Assembly: GCA_046313635.1 (NCBI GenBank)
Contig: JBKBYA010000002.1
Span: 448,001 to 512,000 of the forward strand
DNA from: Pyrinomonadaceae bacterium
GTDB taxonomy: Bacteria; Acidobacteriota; Blastocatellia; Pyrinomonadales; Pyrinomonadaceae
DNA: 64,000 bases
Direction: 5' to 3'
Shown here: positions 1 to 9,696 of the stretch, one piece after another
How the letters are laid out: every line of letters starts with the position of its first letter
How positions within the stretch are numbered: the first letter of the stretch is position 1
The notes under the pieces: generated by a model
The model's input: only the letters and a program-made list of their open reading frames with translations
Databases searched by the model: none
What the model was told of the DNA's origin: nothing
Program-made: the position numbers and the translations under genes

Positions 1-146
1 TTGTCAATTCACAAAATAATTGGTATCAAGTTGATGTGGTCGAACAGGGCCGCCAGCGGGCCTCGGCAAACCTCACGGCAACACGCGGCTGGCTCAACGG
101 AAAGTACATCGATATCGACGATTAGCTCGTCGCCCAAAGGTAAAAA

Positions 147-1124
147 TTGAGCGTATTAGAAAAAGTCAGGCGATGGATCGACGGTGACTCGGCCGAGCTG
201 GTGCTCGAAGAGGCGGCGCGCAACGCGCAGGTAAAGCCGCGCAGTCAGGCCGAGGAGTTCATCGTCAAGATCGCCCGCGCGGTCGAGGCCGTGATGCAGC
301 GCGAGCTCGTTCCGCTGCCGCAGGGCACGAGCATAATTCCGACCGAGTACGCGATCTTTTTAAGCGACGCCGACGACAAGGAATGGCAGGGCATCAAGCG
401 TAAGGGGCTCGAGCAGGGCCTCTATCACATTCTCGGCGAGCGTGCCAAGGAGATCGCCGGGAAGCGAAAGCTCGAGACAAGATCGTTCGTTCTCGAGCTC
501 CGCGTCGACGGCACGCTCGAGAAGGGCGAGGTGCGCGTCCAGCACAGTTGGGAAGACTCGGACGGCAGCAAGACAAGCGTTTTCGTAAAACCGAAGTTGG
601 GACCGGCCCCGCCCGCATACGAGCCGCCGGTGAGCGAGCGGTCGCCGGCCCCGCCGCCGGCGCACTTTTCTCAGATCGACCGGGCGCCGAGCTCGACAGA
701 GCAGGTCCGGCCCGCGCCCCAGACCGGTCTCGTCGCCGGCACAGCTTCGTCCGGATCCCGAGATATTGCCGACGACGCCGAAGAGATGACCCGCGTCGCG
801 AGCCGCGTCAGCGAGCTCTACAAGCTGGAGATCTGGCGAAACGGCATCCGGCAAAACGTAGTGCCGGTCTTTCAAAACTCGGTCGTGATCGGTCGCGGAT
901 CAAGATCGAAGCCGGTCGATATCGCCCTTACAGGCGACGCCGAGATCAGCCGCCGGCATCTGACGATCACGACCGACGGGAACGGGAGCTTTTGGGTCAC
1001 GAACGAAGGCCGCAATCCCGCGACCATTGATAACCGCGACGTGCCGGTCGGTCAGCGCGTGCCGCTGCAGCCCGGATCGAACCTCGTGGTCTGCAGCTAT
1101 GTACTTCGCGTCCAGCGGGCTTAG
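147..1124 (+). CDS. FhaA-like protein (N-terminal DUF3662-like domain, Pro-rich linker, C-terminal FHA domain)
   Basis: TTG start after AAAGG; FHA motifs IGRG...ISRRH...N; N-terminal 'P-TEY-IFLS--D' resembles DUF3662. Confidence 0.8.
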   Translation: MSVLEKVRRWIDGDSAELVLEEAARNAQVKPRSQAEEFIVKIARAVEAVMQRELVPLPQGTSIIPTEYAIFLSDADDKEWQGIKRKGLEQGLYHILGERAKEIAGKRKLETRSFVLELRVDGTLEKGEVRVQHSWEDSDGSKTSVFVKPKLGPAPPAYEPPVSERSPAPPPAHFSQIDRAPSSTEQVRPAPQTGLVAGTASSGSRDIADDAEEMTRVASRVSELYKLEIWRNGIRQNVVPVFQNSVVIGRGSRSKPVDIALTGDAEISRRHLTITTDGNGSFWVTNEGRNPATIDNRDVPVGQRVPLQPGSNLVVCSYVLRVQRA

Positions 1125-1162
1125 GCGGTGGGCGATGAGGGCTGCGTAATACACTCCGGCGT

Positions 1163-1633
1163 TTAAGTGTCGAAAGGGAAATCTCGCTTCTGGACCATTC
1201 CGAGCAGGTCTCGGACGGCTTGGTGCGCCCGCTCACGGATATCCTCTGGAATTTGATATCGACGACAATTCGTCTCAAATTCGTCGAGATCGAGGATCTT
1301 GGTGCTCATGTCGGGCGTGACGAGGATATCGATGTCGAGGTCGACATAATCAAGCGTCCGGCCGTCGAAGCTCGGCGGCATATTGACGTTGCAGTAGTAA
1401 TTTCGGAGCTCGCCGTCCGGCTCGTGAAAGCGGAAGACGTTGTACCAGCGGTCGAGCCAGTAAAATTCGTATGAGAGCGTGCCGCGCCTGATAATGCCGA
1501 GCTCGGGGTGAATGACCTCGCGGTCAAACTCCCCGACGAGCACGTGCAGGTCACCGATCGTATCGACGGCGCGGCAGTTCCACGTTCGGCGAAGCGACCG
1601 GTCAAAATGCCGGGCGATGACCGTGATCTCCAC
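1163..1633 (-). CDS. DUF402 family protein (putative nucleotide phosphatase)
   Basis: WYNV...YYCNV...YVDLDIDI...LDLDEF motif set. Confidence 0.8.
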   Translation of the reverse strand: MEITVIARHFDRSLRRTWNCRAVDTIGDLHVLVGEFDREVIHPELGIIRRGTLSYEFYWLDRWYNVFRFHEPDGELRNYYCNVNMPPSFDGRTLDYVDLDIDILVTPDMSTKILDLDEFETNCRRYQIPEDIRERAHQAVRDLLGMVQKRDFPFDT

Positions 1634-1640
1634 CGCCCGT

Positions 1641-2108
1641 TCAATTCCGGTCTCGACCTTTCGGCGTGCGCACGACGAGGACCGAGCAGGGAGCGTGATG
1701 CACGACCGAGTCCGAGACCGAGCCGAGCAGCAATCGCTCCCAGCGGTTATAACCGTGCGAGCCGACGATGATCAGATCGGCGCCGAGCTGCTCGGCCGCC
1801 TCGACGATGCGGTTGTCGGGCGAGCCAAACAATATCTCGCCGCTGACCAGAGCGTCGGTGCCCTTTAATAAAGCGTTCGCGGATGCGACGGCGAGGTCGA
1901 GGACGCGTTGGGCGTTGTCGCGCGCGGCGCTTTCAAGCGCCGAGGTATCGGGCAGATAACCGCCATACACATCGATACCGATCGGTATCGCCATATCGAC
2001 CACACAGACGATCTTGACGACATCGCCCTGCTTGAGCGAAAAGGCCGCAAGTGCGGCGACGGCCGCTTCGCCGTATGCGGTGCCGTCGGTTGCAACTACG
2101 ATCTTCAT
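1641..2108 (-). CDS. Universal stress protein
   Basis: MKIVVATDG start; ADLIIVGSHG...LLGSVSDSVVHHAPCSVLVV; GGAGG RBS. Confidence 0.92.
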   Translation of the reverse strand: MKIVVATDGTAYGEAAVAALAAFSLKQGDVVKIVCVVDMAIPIGIDVYGGYLPDTSALESAARDNAQRVLDLAVASANALLKGTDALVSGEILFGSPDNRIVEAAEQLGADLIIVGSHGYNRWERLLLGSVSDSVVHHAPCSVLVVRTPKGRDRN

Positions 2109-2177
2109 CTAAACTTGCCTCCGTAAAGCGATTGTAGCCCAACCGGCGCCGGGTTTAGAAAGTCGCCCCGCGCCGGT

Positions 2178-2621
2178 CTATTCATCGTCCTCCGCGTCCG
2201 AACCCGAGAAGTATCGCCGCATCTTTACGAGGATCGCAGAGAACATCAGGCGCTCGGCCTCGGTGAGTCCTGAGACGATCTCTTCTTCGAGTTCGCGCCA
2301 TTGATCTTCGACGACCGACTCCTTGCCGCGTCCCCGCTCGGTCAAGAATATTCGCGTCGAGCGGGCATCGTCCTCCAGGCGCTCGCGAGTCACCAGCCCG
2401 GCATCGACGAGCCCCTTGACCATCTTGTTGATCGTCGGTGTGGACAGGCCCTGCCTCGCGGCGAGATCGACCTGTCGCTGCCCGTCCGCCTTCCATAGCT
2501 CAAACAGCAAAAAGACCTGGCCGCTGTTAAGCCCGATCTGCTCCATATGGCGCTGCAGGGTATTTCGAAACGAAATACTCACCTTGGCCAGCAGGTAGCT
2601 GACTGTCTCTTCAAAATCCAT
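2178..2621 (-). CDS. MarR family transcriptional regulator
   Basis: wHTH LA...STPTINKMVKGLVDAGLVTR...DARS..I.LT..G; start moved to ATG at 2621 (MDFEET). Confidence 0.88.
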   Translation of the reverse strand: MDFEETVSYLLAKVSISFRNTLQRHMEQIGLNSGQVFLLFELWKADGQRQVDLAARQGLSTPTINKMVKGLVDAGLVTRERLEDDARSTRIFLTERGRGKESVVEDQWRELEEEIVSGLTEAERLMFSAILVKMRRYFSGSDAEDDE

Positions 2622-2660
2622 TAAGCAAAGACCTTTAAGCTCGTAAGCGTAAAGAAACCG

Positions 2661-2782
2661 TTTGACGGCAAACCTAGAAACAATAGCGAGCAAATATTCA
2701 TCTATTGGCTCGCTAATTATATATGGTTAGCTCGCTCACAATCAATCGCTTGCCGGCTAATATGAGTTGATTTGCCGGCTCA
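2661..2782. promoter_or_regulatory. Array of six 12-bp imperfect palindromes (TTWGCnnGCWMA) at 22-bp period; probable operator array
   Basis: Boxes at 2661 tttgacggcaaa, 2683 atagcgagcaaa, 2705 ttggctcgctaa, 2727 ttagctcgctca, 2749 cttgccggctaa, 2771 tttgccggctca, between marR and the divergent gene. Confidence 0.7.
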
Positions 2783-2825
2783 GCAACATTGCAAAGCCTG
2801 GCCATGAATTAGCTAGAATTGAAGC

Positions 2826-3203
2826 ATGGACAACTCAGACAAGCTTAAATATGCGCGAAACCTGCTCCTCGGGCTTCACAAAAATCTTGTCGACTTTGAG
2901 CGCAGCGGCTACGAGCGGATCAACGGCCCGCTGTCGGCCGGGCAATTCCTTAACGTACTGCTGGAGGACCAGGATTTCTCTTGGCTGCGTAAGTTTTCGA
3001 TGCTGATCGTAGAGATCGACGAGATGTTTGCGCTCAAGGACGGCATCCCGGCCGAGCTTATCGACGCCAACCTTGTGAAGGTGAGGGAACTGGTGGATAT
3101 GTCGCCCGAGGACGAGTACTTTAGAGCAAAGTACCGAAATGCTCTCGACAAGGACGCCGACGCAGCAGCGTCGCACGCTCGACTCGAGGCCCTGTTTCAA
3201 TAG
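2826..3203 (+). CDS. Hypothetical helical protein
   Basis: 125-aa ORF with protein-like composition, divergent from marR; TAGAAT at 2814-2819 just upstream. Confidence 0.75.
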   Translation: MDNSDKLKYARNLLLGLHKNLVDFERSGYERINGPLSAGQFLNVLLEDQDFSWLRKFSMLIVEIDEMFALKDGIPAELIDANLVKVRELVDMSPEDEYFRAKYRNALDKDADAAASHARLEALFQ

Positions 3204-3309
3204 GCTGCCGAGAATCGGTTTGAGAATTCTCTTTAATCGTCGAAAGTGTGACTGTTGAAGCGATCCATCAGACCTGCGGTCTTTAAGCCGCTTTGTGGGA
3301 GCAAGAATC

Positions 3310-3343
3310 GAGGCTGCCTGAAAAGGCGGCCTCTTGATCTTTT
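3310..3343 (+). terminator. Hairpin, possible intrinsic terminator
   Basis: gaggctgcc-tgaaaa-ggcggcctc followed by ttgatctttt. Confidence 0.45.
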
Positions 3344-3549
3344 GGCAAGACGCGGCTTTGCCGAAGAGTGCTGAGTTGAAGGGTTTCGCCCTTCCTAGCG
3401 GCGGTATTTCTTATTTCTTCGAGGCAATGCTTCCGCCGCGGACGGACGCACCGGCTCGCGGATAAAATTTGGAGCACGGCCGGGAAGGCAAAGCCTTATC
3501 CGCAGAGCCCGGCGGCACCGCAGGCGCATAGCCCAACCGAGGCCCAGCG

Positions 3550-3583
3550 AAATGCAAAAGGCCGCCCTTTTCAGAACAGCCTC
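3550..3583 (-). terminator. Probable terminator of tal
   Basis: Minus strand gaggctgttc-tgaaaa-gggcggcctt then ttgcattt, about 20 nt after the stop. Confidence 0.55.
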
Positions 3584-3603
3584 CTTTCGCTGAGCGGTCC
3601 GGA

Positions 3604-4254
3604 CTATTTCGCCTGGGCCTTGTTCCAGTCGGCGAGAAACGCTTCGAGCCCCTTGTCGGTCAGCGGGTGCTTGACGAGCTGCTGGATCACTTTGAAGGGG
3701 ATCGTCGCAACGTCGGCGCCGGCGAGGGCGCAGTCGACGATATGCATCGGATGCCGTATCGACGCGGCGAGCACCTCGGTCGCGAAGCCGTAATTCTCAT
3801 AGATCTGGACGATCTCCGAGATGAGCTGCATCCCGTTGGTCGCGATGTCGTCGAGGCGGCCGATGAAGGGCGAGATGTACGTCGCACCGGCCTTTGCGGC
3901 AAGTATCGCCTGCGCGGGCGAGAAGCAGAGCGTAACGTTCACCTTGGTGCCCTCGGCGCGGAATTGCCGGCACGCCTTCAGTCCGTCGAGAGTGAGCGGC
4001 ACCTTGATCACTACATTTTGAGCGATCGCGGCAAATTCGCGCCCCTCACGCAGCATTCCCTCGGCGTCGAGAGACGTGACCTCGACCGAGACGTCGCCGG
4101 GCGTGAGGTCGCAGATGGCCTTGATATGGTCTGTGAAATTGGCGACGTTCTCCTTGGCGACAAGCGACGGGTTTGTCGTTACGCCGTCGATCAGGCCCAT
4201 CTCGGCCGCTTCGCGGATCTCGTCAAGGTTTGCGGTATCGATAAAGAATTTCAT
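3604..4254 (-). CDS. tal: Transaldolase (small MipB/TalC type)
   Basis: [28 protein letters not shown] in VSVEV and F in SPFIGR favour transaldolase over FSA. Confidence 0.92.
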   Translation of the reverse strand: MKFFIDTANLDEIREAAEMGLIDGVTTNPSLVAKENVANFTDHIKAICDLTPGDVSVEVTSLDAEGMLREGREFAAIAQNVVIKVPLTLDGLKACRQFRAEGTKVNVTLCFSPAQAILAAKAGATYISPFIGRLDDIATNGMQLISEIVQIYENYGFATEVLAASIRHPMHIVDCALAGADVATIPFKVIQQLVKHPLTDKGLEAFLADWNKAQAK

Positions 4255-4273
4255 TTTTTTTTATTCTGCGTTC

Positions 4274-5014
4274 TCAGACGACGGGATTGCGGAGAGTTCC
4301 GATTCCCTCGATCTCGACCTCGCAGACATCGCCCGAGTTCAATTTTGAGACGCCGGACGGGGTCCCGGTCGCGATCACGTCGCCCGGAAATAACGTCATC
4401 TGGTTCGAAATGTATCGTATCAAAAACTCGACAGGGAAGACCATTTGCGAGGTGCGCCCTTGCTGTTTGATAACGCCGTTGACACGCGTCTCTACGCGTA
4501 CATCCGAGACGTCGAGGCCCGTCTCGATGAACGGCCCGACCGGACAGAACGTATCGAACGATTTCGCCCTCGTGAACTGTACGTCGCGTCGCTGGAGGTC
4601 GCGGGCCGTGACGTCATTGAGACACGTAAAGCCGAGCACATATCGAAGCGGATCCTCGTCCTCCTCGAGCGCCGCACACTTTCGCCCGATCACGACGGCG
4701 AGCTCGCCCTCGTGCTCGACCTGCTGCGAAGCGGCCGGAATGACGATCCGATCGCCGTCGCCGACGATCGACGACGGGGCCTTTAGAAAGAGAAGCGGCT
4801 CGCTCGGCACGTCGTTGCCGAGCTCGGCTGCGTGCTCAGCATAATTGCGGCCGACGCAGACGATCTTGGACGGGGCGACGGGCGGCTTCAGACTAATCTC
4901 TTCGATAGCGAAGGATTCGTCCTGCCGTCGATTATCTCGAAATAGGAACACGCGTTCCCCCTCAACTACGCCGGACTCGATCCGGCCTTCAAATTCAAAC
5001 CTGCAGATCTTCAT
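4274..5014 (-). CDS. Fumarylacetoacetate hydrolase family protein
   Basis: KIVCVGRNYAEH, EHEGEL, NDVTARD, KSFDTF, GDVIATGTPSG; start at ATG 5014 (MKICRF). Confidence 0.92.
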   Translation of the reverse strand: MKICRFEFEGRIESGVVEGERVFLFRDNRRQDESFAIEEISLKPPVAPSKIVCVGRNYAEHAAELGNDVPSEPLLFLKAPSSIVGDGDRIVIPAASQQVEHEGELAVVIGRKCAALEEDEDPLRYVLGFTCLNDVTARDLQRRDVQFTRAKSFDTFCPVGPFIETGLDVSDVRVETRVNGVIKQQGRTSQMVFPVEFLIRYISNQMTLFPGDVIATGTPSGVSKLNSGDVCEVEIEGIGTLRNPVV

Positions 5015-5016
5015 GC

Positions 5017-6144
5017 TTATGGTGCGCTCTCCGAAACGATCTCGGACGGCGGGCTGACGTTTCCGCTTGTGTCTATCGCGATGATGAAATAGTGATATCT
5101 GACCCCCGACTCGACGCTCCGGTCCTGGAATGTGTTTGTCTTGATCGCTTCGGGCGTCAGGAGCTGCCATTCCTGCCGAGGCCGGCCCGGATCGGTCGAA
5201 CGATAGATCTTGTAACCCGCCACGTCCTTTTCGGGGTTGACCGCAAAAAAGATGCTGATCACATTCTGACCGGCGGCAAGCGAGATCGAGGACGGAGCGC
5301 TCGGTGCGAAAGTATCGACCGGCTTGACGTGGATGATATTCGTCTCGCCGCTCTCGAGCGGGCCGCCGTCGGGCCCTGACGAGACGGCCCTGACGAAATA
5401 GTAATGGTCCTTGCCAAACTCAAAGAACTCGTCGGCAAACCGCTCGTCGCGGACCGGCGCGCGATTCAGTAAACGGCCCGGCTCTTTTGGTGAGGCAGAT
5501 CGATAGACGTTGTAGCCGAGCAGATTGACCGGCCGCGACCCGTCGACGTTGGCCGCCGGCGCAGCCCACGTCAAAGTGACGGCCTCTTGCGAGACGTCAA
5601 AGGCAAGGGAAGTCGGGGCCGCGGCGACGCCCGCCACCGGCTCGATCAGGAGAAAGTTGGAAAACGCAGCCTTCTGACTTGAAGCGTTAACGGCGCGGAT
5701 CGCGTACCGGAGCCGCGCCGCCTGGCCGGCAAATTCGAGACGGTCGCGGTAGGTCAGGGAAGCCAGCGCAAAATCAGAATCGGTGACCGGTACCGAAGCG
5801 ATCAGCACCGAACGCGAAGCGAACTCCTCCTCCGAGAGTTCGGCGCCGGAGCTTGCCGGCTCGGCAAGCCGGTAAATATCTACGCGGCTTATGTTGAGAA
5901 GACTTCCTTTGTCGGCATTGCGGGCGGGCATCCGCCAAGACAGGATGATCGTATCGCCGCGCTGAAAGCCGTTCAATTCGAGCCGCTGCTGGACCCGCTC
6001 GGTCGGGGGCAGCGGGACGCCGCGCTTACCGCAGCCGTAAGCGATAAGCAAAACAGCCGTTAAAAGCGCTATCGACGCTTTAGACAGCAATTGCTTAAAT
6101 GCATACTTCCCGGCCCGGTGCTTAAAATTTGCCTCGATAAGCAT
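5017..6144 (-). CDS. Lipoprotein with fibronectin type III-like repeats
   Basis: Lipobox-like AYGC-GKRG-P-PP; repeated GYNVYRS/GYKIYRS and Y-Y-VRAV strands; true start may be slightly downstream. Confidence 0.75.
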   Translation of the reverse strand: MLIEANFKHRAGKYAFKQLLSKASIALLTAVLLIAYGCGKRGVPLPPTERVQQRLELNGFQRGDTIILSWRMPARNADKGSLLNISRVDIYRLAEPASSGAELSEEEFASRSVLIASVPVTDSDFALASLTYRDRLEFAGQAARLRYAIRAVNASSQKAAFSNFLLIEPVAGVAAAPTSLAFDVSQEAVTLTWAAPAANVDGSRPVNLLGYNVYRSASPKEPGRLLNRAPVRDERFADEFFEFGKDHYYFVRAVSSGPDGGPLESGETNIIHVKPVDTFAPSAPSSISLAAGQNVISIFFAVNPEKDVAGYKIYRSTDPGRPRQEWQLLTPEAIKTNTFQDRSVESGVRYHYFIIAIDTSGNVSPPSEIVSESAP

Positions 6145-6153
6145 TCGATTAAT

Positions 6154-7557
6154 TTAAAGGATGTACTGCCGGAGATCGCGATCTTCGACTAGATCGCTTA
6201 AACGGGCGGTGACGTAAGACGCGTCGATCACCTGCTTTTTATCCTCGAGCTCCGCACCGTGAAAGCTGATCTCCTCGAGCAGTTTTTCGAGCAGCGTGTG
6301 GAGTCGCCGCGCTCCGATATTTTCGGTGTTTCGGTTGATCTCCTCGGTCATTTCCGCGAGCTTATCGACGGCGTCCGGCGTAAATTCGAGCTCGACGCCC
6401 TCGGTGCTTAGCAGCGCTTGATATTGCTTAATCAGTGAATTCTTCGGCTGCACCAGGATCCGCTTAAGGTCGTCAACCGTGAGAGCTTCGAGCTCGACTC
6501 GGATCGGAAAGCGGCCCTGCAGCTCCGGGATCAGGTCGGACGGCTTTGAAACGTGAAAGGCGCCGGCGGCAATAAAAAGTATGTGCTCGGTGCTGACCAT
6601 ACCGTACTTCGTATTGACGTTGGTTCCCTCGACGATCGGCAGCAGGTCTCTCTGAACTCCCTCTCGTGAGACCTCGGGCCCGGTGCCCGATTCTCGCCCG
6701 GCGATCTTATCGATCTCGTCGAGAAAAATGATGCCCGACTGCTGCGTCATCTCGAGGGCCCTTCGCGTGATCTGTTCCGTATCGATAAGCGCCTCCTGCT
6801 CGTCGCGAAGCAGGACGCCGCGAGCGTCGTTGAGCCGCATCGTTCGGCGGACCGTCTTTGAAGGAAAGAGATTGCCGAACATATCGCGGAGATTCACTCC
6901 CATCTCCTCCATTCCCTGCCCGCCTACAAAATCGATCGTCGCGTTTGAGCGGTCGGTGGTCTCGACCTCGACGAGCCGCTCTTCAAGCTCGCCGTCTCGC
7001 AGCTGCTGGCGGAGCTTTTCGCGTGTACGCGAATGCTTTGCAGAGTCGTCGCCGCTGTCCGCATCCGGGTCCCACGAGCCGTAGCCAAGGGCCGACGGCG
7101 GCAGCAGCAGATCGAGCAGCTTCTCTTCGACATTCTGCTCGGCCTTTGCACGCACGTCCTCGTAAGCAGCCTGCTTTGCCATGTCCACCGCAACATCCGC
7201 AAGCTCTCGGACCATGCTCTCGACATCGCGGCCGACATATCCGATCTCGGTAAATTTCGAGGCTTCGATCTTGATGAATGGAGAGTTTGCGAGGCGTGCG
7301 AGCCGGCGCGCGATCTCGGTCTTGCCGACGCCGGTGGAGCCGATCATAAGGATATTTTTCGGCAGGACGTCTTCGGCGATCTCGGCGGGGAGTTTTTGGC
7401 GGCGAATGCGATTTCGCAAAGCGATCGCGACCGCGCGCTTGGCGGCGCTCTGGCCGACGACGTATTTGTCGAGTTCCTCGACGATCTGCCGCGGGGTCAG
7501 CTCGTCGAGGTTTCGCTTTGTGGTCGGCGCGGTTTCGCCGCCGAGGTAGATCGCCAT
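6154..7557 (-). CDS. hslU: ATP-dependent protease ATPase subunit HslU
   Basis: LTPRQIV..LDKYVVGQ, GSTGVGKTE, DEIDKI, ELQGRFPIRVEL, NIGARRL. Confidence 0.97.
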   Translation of the reverse strand: MAIYLGGETAPTTKRNLDELTPRQIVEELDKYVVGQSAAKRAVAIALRNRIRRQKLPAEIAEDVLPKNILMIGSTGVGKTEIARRLARLANSPFIKIEASKFTEIGYVGRDVESMVRELADVAVDMAKQAAYEDVRAKAEQNVEEKLLDLLLPPSALGYGSWDPDADSGDDSAKHSRTREKLRQQLRDGELEERLVEVETTDRSNATIDFVGGQGMEEMGVNLRDMFGNLFPSKTVRRTMRLNDARGVLLRDEQEALIDTEQITRRALEMTQQSGIIFLDEIDKIAGRESGTGPEVSREGVQRDLLPIVEGTNVNTKYGMVSTEHILFIAAGAFHVSKPSDLIPELQGRFPIRVELEALTVDDLKRILVQPKNSLIKQYQALLSTEGVELEFTPDAVDKLAEMTEEINRNTENIGARRLHTLLEKLLEEISFHGAELEDKKQVIDASYVTARLSDLVEDRDLRQYIL

Positions 7558-7564
7558 TAGAGTA

Positions 7565-8116
7565 CTAGAGCTCCTCGATGAGTATCTCGGAATTTGTGTA
7601 GATGCAGATTTCGCCCGCGATCTTCAGCGATTCAGCCGCGATCTCGCGCGCCGAGAGCTCCGTGTGCGCGAGCAGGGCCCTTGCGGCGGCCAGTGCGTAC
7701 ATGCTTCCGGAGCCGACCGACAGGATGCCCTCGTCCGACGATATGACGTCGCCTTTGCCCGAGATCAGGAAGGCGTCCTTCGGGTCGGCGACGATCATAA
7801 GTGCCTCGAGGTTGCGCAGGTACTTGTCGGTCCGCCAATCCTTGCTCAGTTCAAAGGCTGCGCGCTCGAGCTGTCCCTGAAATTGTTCGAGCTTGGTCTC
7901 AAAGCGCGTCAAGAGGGTAAAAGCGTCGGCGGTCGAGCCTGCAAATCCCGCGAGGACGCGTCCGCCGCCGACGCGACGCACCTTGCGTGCATTGCTCTTG
8001 ATGATCGTCTCTCCGAGCGTTACCTGCCCGTCGGCCGCTAAAGCGGTCTTTCCGTCACGCTTGACGAGAAGCACCGTGGTTGAGCGGACCCGTTGAAATT
8101 CAGGGCTTGACGGCAT
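7565..8116 (-). CDS. hslV: ATP-dependent protease peptidase subunit HslV
   Basis: [31 protein letters not shown]. Confidence 0.97.
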   Translation of the reverse strand: MPSSPEFQRVRSTTVLLVKRDGKTALAADGQVTLGETIIKSNARKVRRVGGGRVLAGFAGSTADAFTLLTRFETKLEQFQGQLERAAFELSKDWRTDKYLRNLEALMIVADPKDAFLISGKGDVISSDEGILSVGSGSMYALAAARALLAHTELSAREIAAESLKIAGEICIYTNSEILIEEL

Positions 8117-8194
8117 AAAACCAAATAATAAAGAACTAGCCTAAAATGCTCAAATTGACATAATTTGCTCAAATGGCTGAACATCTAGTTGTTT

Positions 8195-8911
8195 ATGCCG
8201 AGAAGCCCCGTGATCGGGATCACAATGCGGCTCGAGATCGAAACCGGAAGGTTTTATCTCGGCCGCGATTATGCGGAAGCTGTCGAGGCGGCGGGAGGTA
8301 TCCCCGTACATCTCGGTCTCATCCCGAAAGCGAGTTACATTGATGCCGCGATCGGGGCGGTCGACGGCGTGCTCTTGCCGGGAAGCGATACCGACGTCGA
8401 CCCGGCATTTTTCGACGAAGAGCCGCATCCAAAACTGAAAAAGGTAGTTCCGGAAAAAGACCTCACCGACCGCCTGGTACTCACGGCATGCGAGGCGGCA
8501 AGAAAGCCGGTTTTTGCGATCTGTTACGGCATGCAGGCTCTCAACGTGTTTCGCGGCGGTAGTCTGGTCCAGGACATCGAGTCTCAGATCGAGGAGCCTT
8601 TGAAGCACGAGCAGGGGAATCCACCTGCCCGTGCGTCGCATTCGATCGCGATCGATCCGCACAGTCTGATCGGCGAAGCCAATGGCAGGGACGATAGCGC
8701 GCGGGTCAACTCGCACCATCATCAAGCGATCGGACGGCTCGGAGACGGTTTGCAGGCGATCGCGTGGGCAAAAGACGGCGTTATCGAGGGCATCCAAGAT
8801 CCGCGTGCGGACAGGTGGGCGCTCGGCGTACAGTGGCATCCCGAACTTTCATGGGCGACAGACCGTCTTTCGTCGGAACTGTTTCGATCGTTTGTTGAGG
8901 CATGCCGCTAG
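8195..8911 (+). CDS. Gamma-glutamyl-gamma-aminobutyrate hydrolase family (peptidase C26)
   Basis: LLPGS-DVDP, AICYGMQ, VNSHHHQA, GVQWHPE. Confidence 0.88.
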   Translation: MPRSPVIGITMRLEIETGRFYLGRDYAEAVEAAGGIPVHLGLIPKASYIDAAIGAVDGVLLPGSDTDVDPAFFDEEPHPKLKKVVPEKDLTDRLVLTACEAARKPVFAICYGMQALNVFRGGSLVQDIESQIEEPLKHEQGNPPARASHSIAIDPHSLIGEANGRDDSARVNSHHHQAIGRLGDGLQAIAWAKDGVIEGIQDPRADRWALGVQWHPELSWATDRLSSELFRSFVEACR

Positions 8912-9124
8912 ATGTATCGTATGCGCCGACGACCTGCCTTTTTCAAAGTATGGGGCTAAGCTGAAGAGCCGGATCAATTATCGTGAAGAATAACGTGAGG
9001 CCGTCTCACTTGCCGGCCAAACTCTCTTGGTAGTTCATTTACTTAGGCTGAACTCGAGAGATGTCTTGCAGTCGCAAGATCGACTCTTAACAGACGACCT
9101 TAGAAGGCTCGATCCATTATTTCG

Positions 9125-9505
9125 ATGAATAACCCAATCGCAATCGGCATCATAGCGTGGATCTTTCCCGGTGCCGGACACTTTGCACAGCGCCGCTGGG
9201 GTCGTGGGGCGGCGATCTTTTTGGCGGTCTCGCTTATGTTCGTGATCGGAATGGCAGGCGGAGGAGCCTATTACCCGGGCTTTCCGTTTCGCGACGGAGC
9301 GCTGCTTTCCATTCTCAATATCTTCGCTCGGCTCGGCACGGGGCTCGGGGCGTCTATCAGTTATCTCGCGTCAACGATGCCGGACCCGGGAGTCGCTGCA
9401 CGGGCGACATTCGAGTATGCCGGACGGTATATCGAGATCGCGGGACTTTTGAATTACCTTGCAACGCTGGACGCTGTTGACCTGGCGATCGGGAGAAAGG
9501 AATGA
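9125..9505 (+). CDS. Membrane protein (DUF6677-like)
   Basis: AW-FPGAGH N-terminus and AGLLN-L--LDA C-terminus; hydrophobic segments. Confidence 0.7.
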   Translation: MNNPIAIGIIAWIFPGAGHFAQRRWGRGAAIFLAVSLMFVIGMAGGGAYYPGFPFRDGALLSILNIFARLGTGLGASISYLASTMPDPGVAARATFEYAGRYIEIAGLLNYLATLDAVDLAIGRKE

Positions 9506-9669
9506 TCCACTTCGCATACCTGCTTGGTTTTGGCCTCTTTGTCTCGGTTGTTTTCGCGGCGATCAGCGGCGGCACGACGCGCGACCGCGTCGTTTACGGG
9601 ATCAAGACCTTTTTTCAATTTGTTATCGTCAGTTTGGTGCTCGCCTGGGTCTTGTACTTCATTCCCTAA
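9502..9669 (+). CDS. Small 55-aa two-TM membrane protein (absent from ORF track)
   Basis: ATGA overlap with upstream stop, GGAG/AAGG upstream; MIHFAYLLGFGLFVSVVFAAISGGTTRDRVVYGIKTFFQFVIVSLVLAWVLYFIP. Confidence 0.7.
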   Translation: MIHFAYLLGFGLFVSVVFAAISGGTTRDRVVYGIKTFFQFVIVSLVLAWVLYFIP

Positions 9670-9696
9670 GGCGGGTCGACCGGCAGCTTTGTTCAA

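Noticed and set aside
40..110. c-di-GMP-I riboswitch-like GGCAAACC upstream of the FHA gene
   Set aside because: Following stem does not pair and GACGCAAAGC element is missing
2661..2782. CRISPR array or plasmid iterons
   Set aside because: Units are 12-bp degenerate palindromes with 10-bp spacers; no cas or rep genes
3283..3477. 64-aa minus-strand ORF in the intergenic region
   Set aside because: No clear RBS, atypical composition, overlaps hairpins
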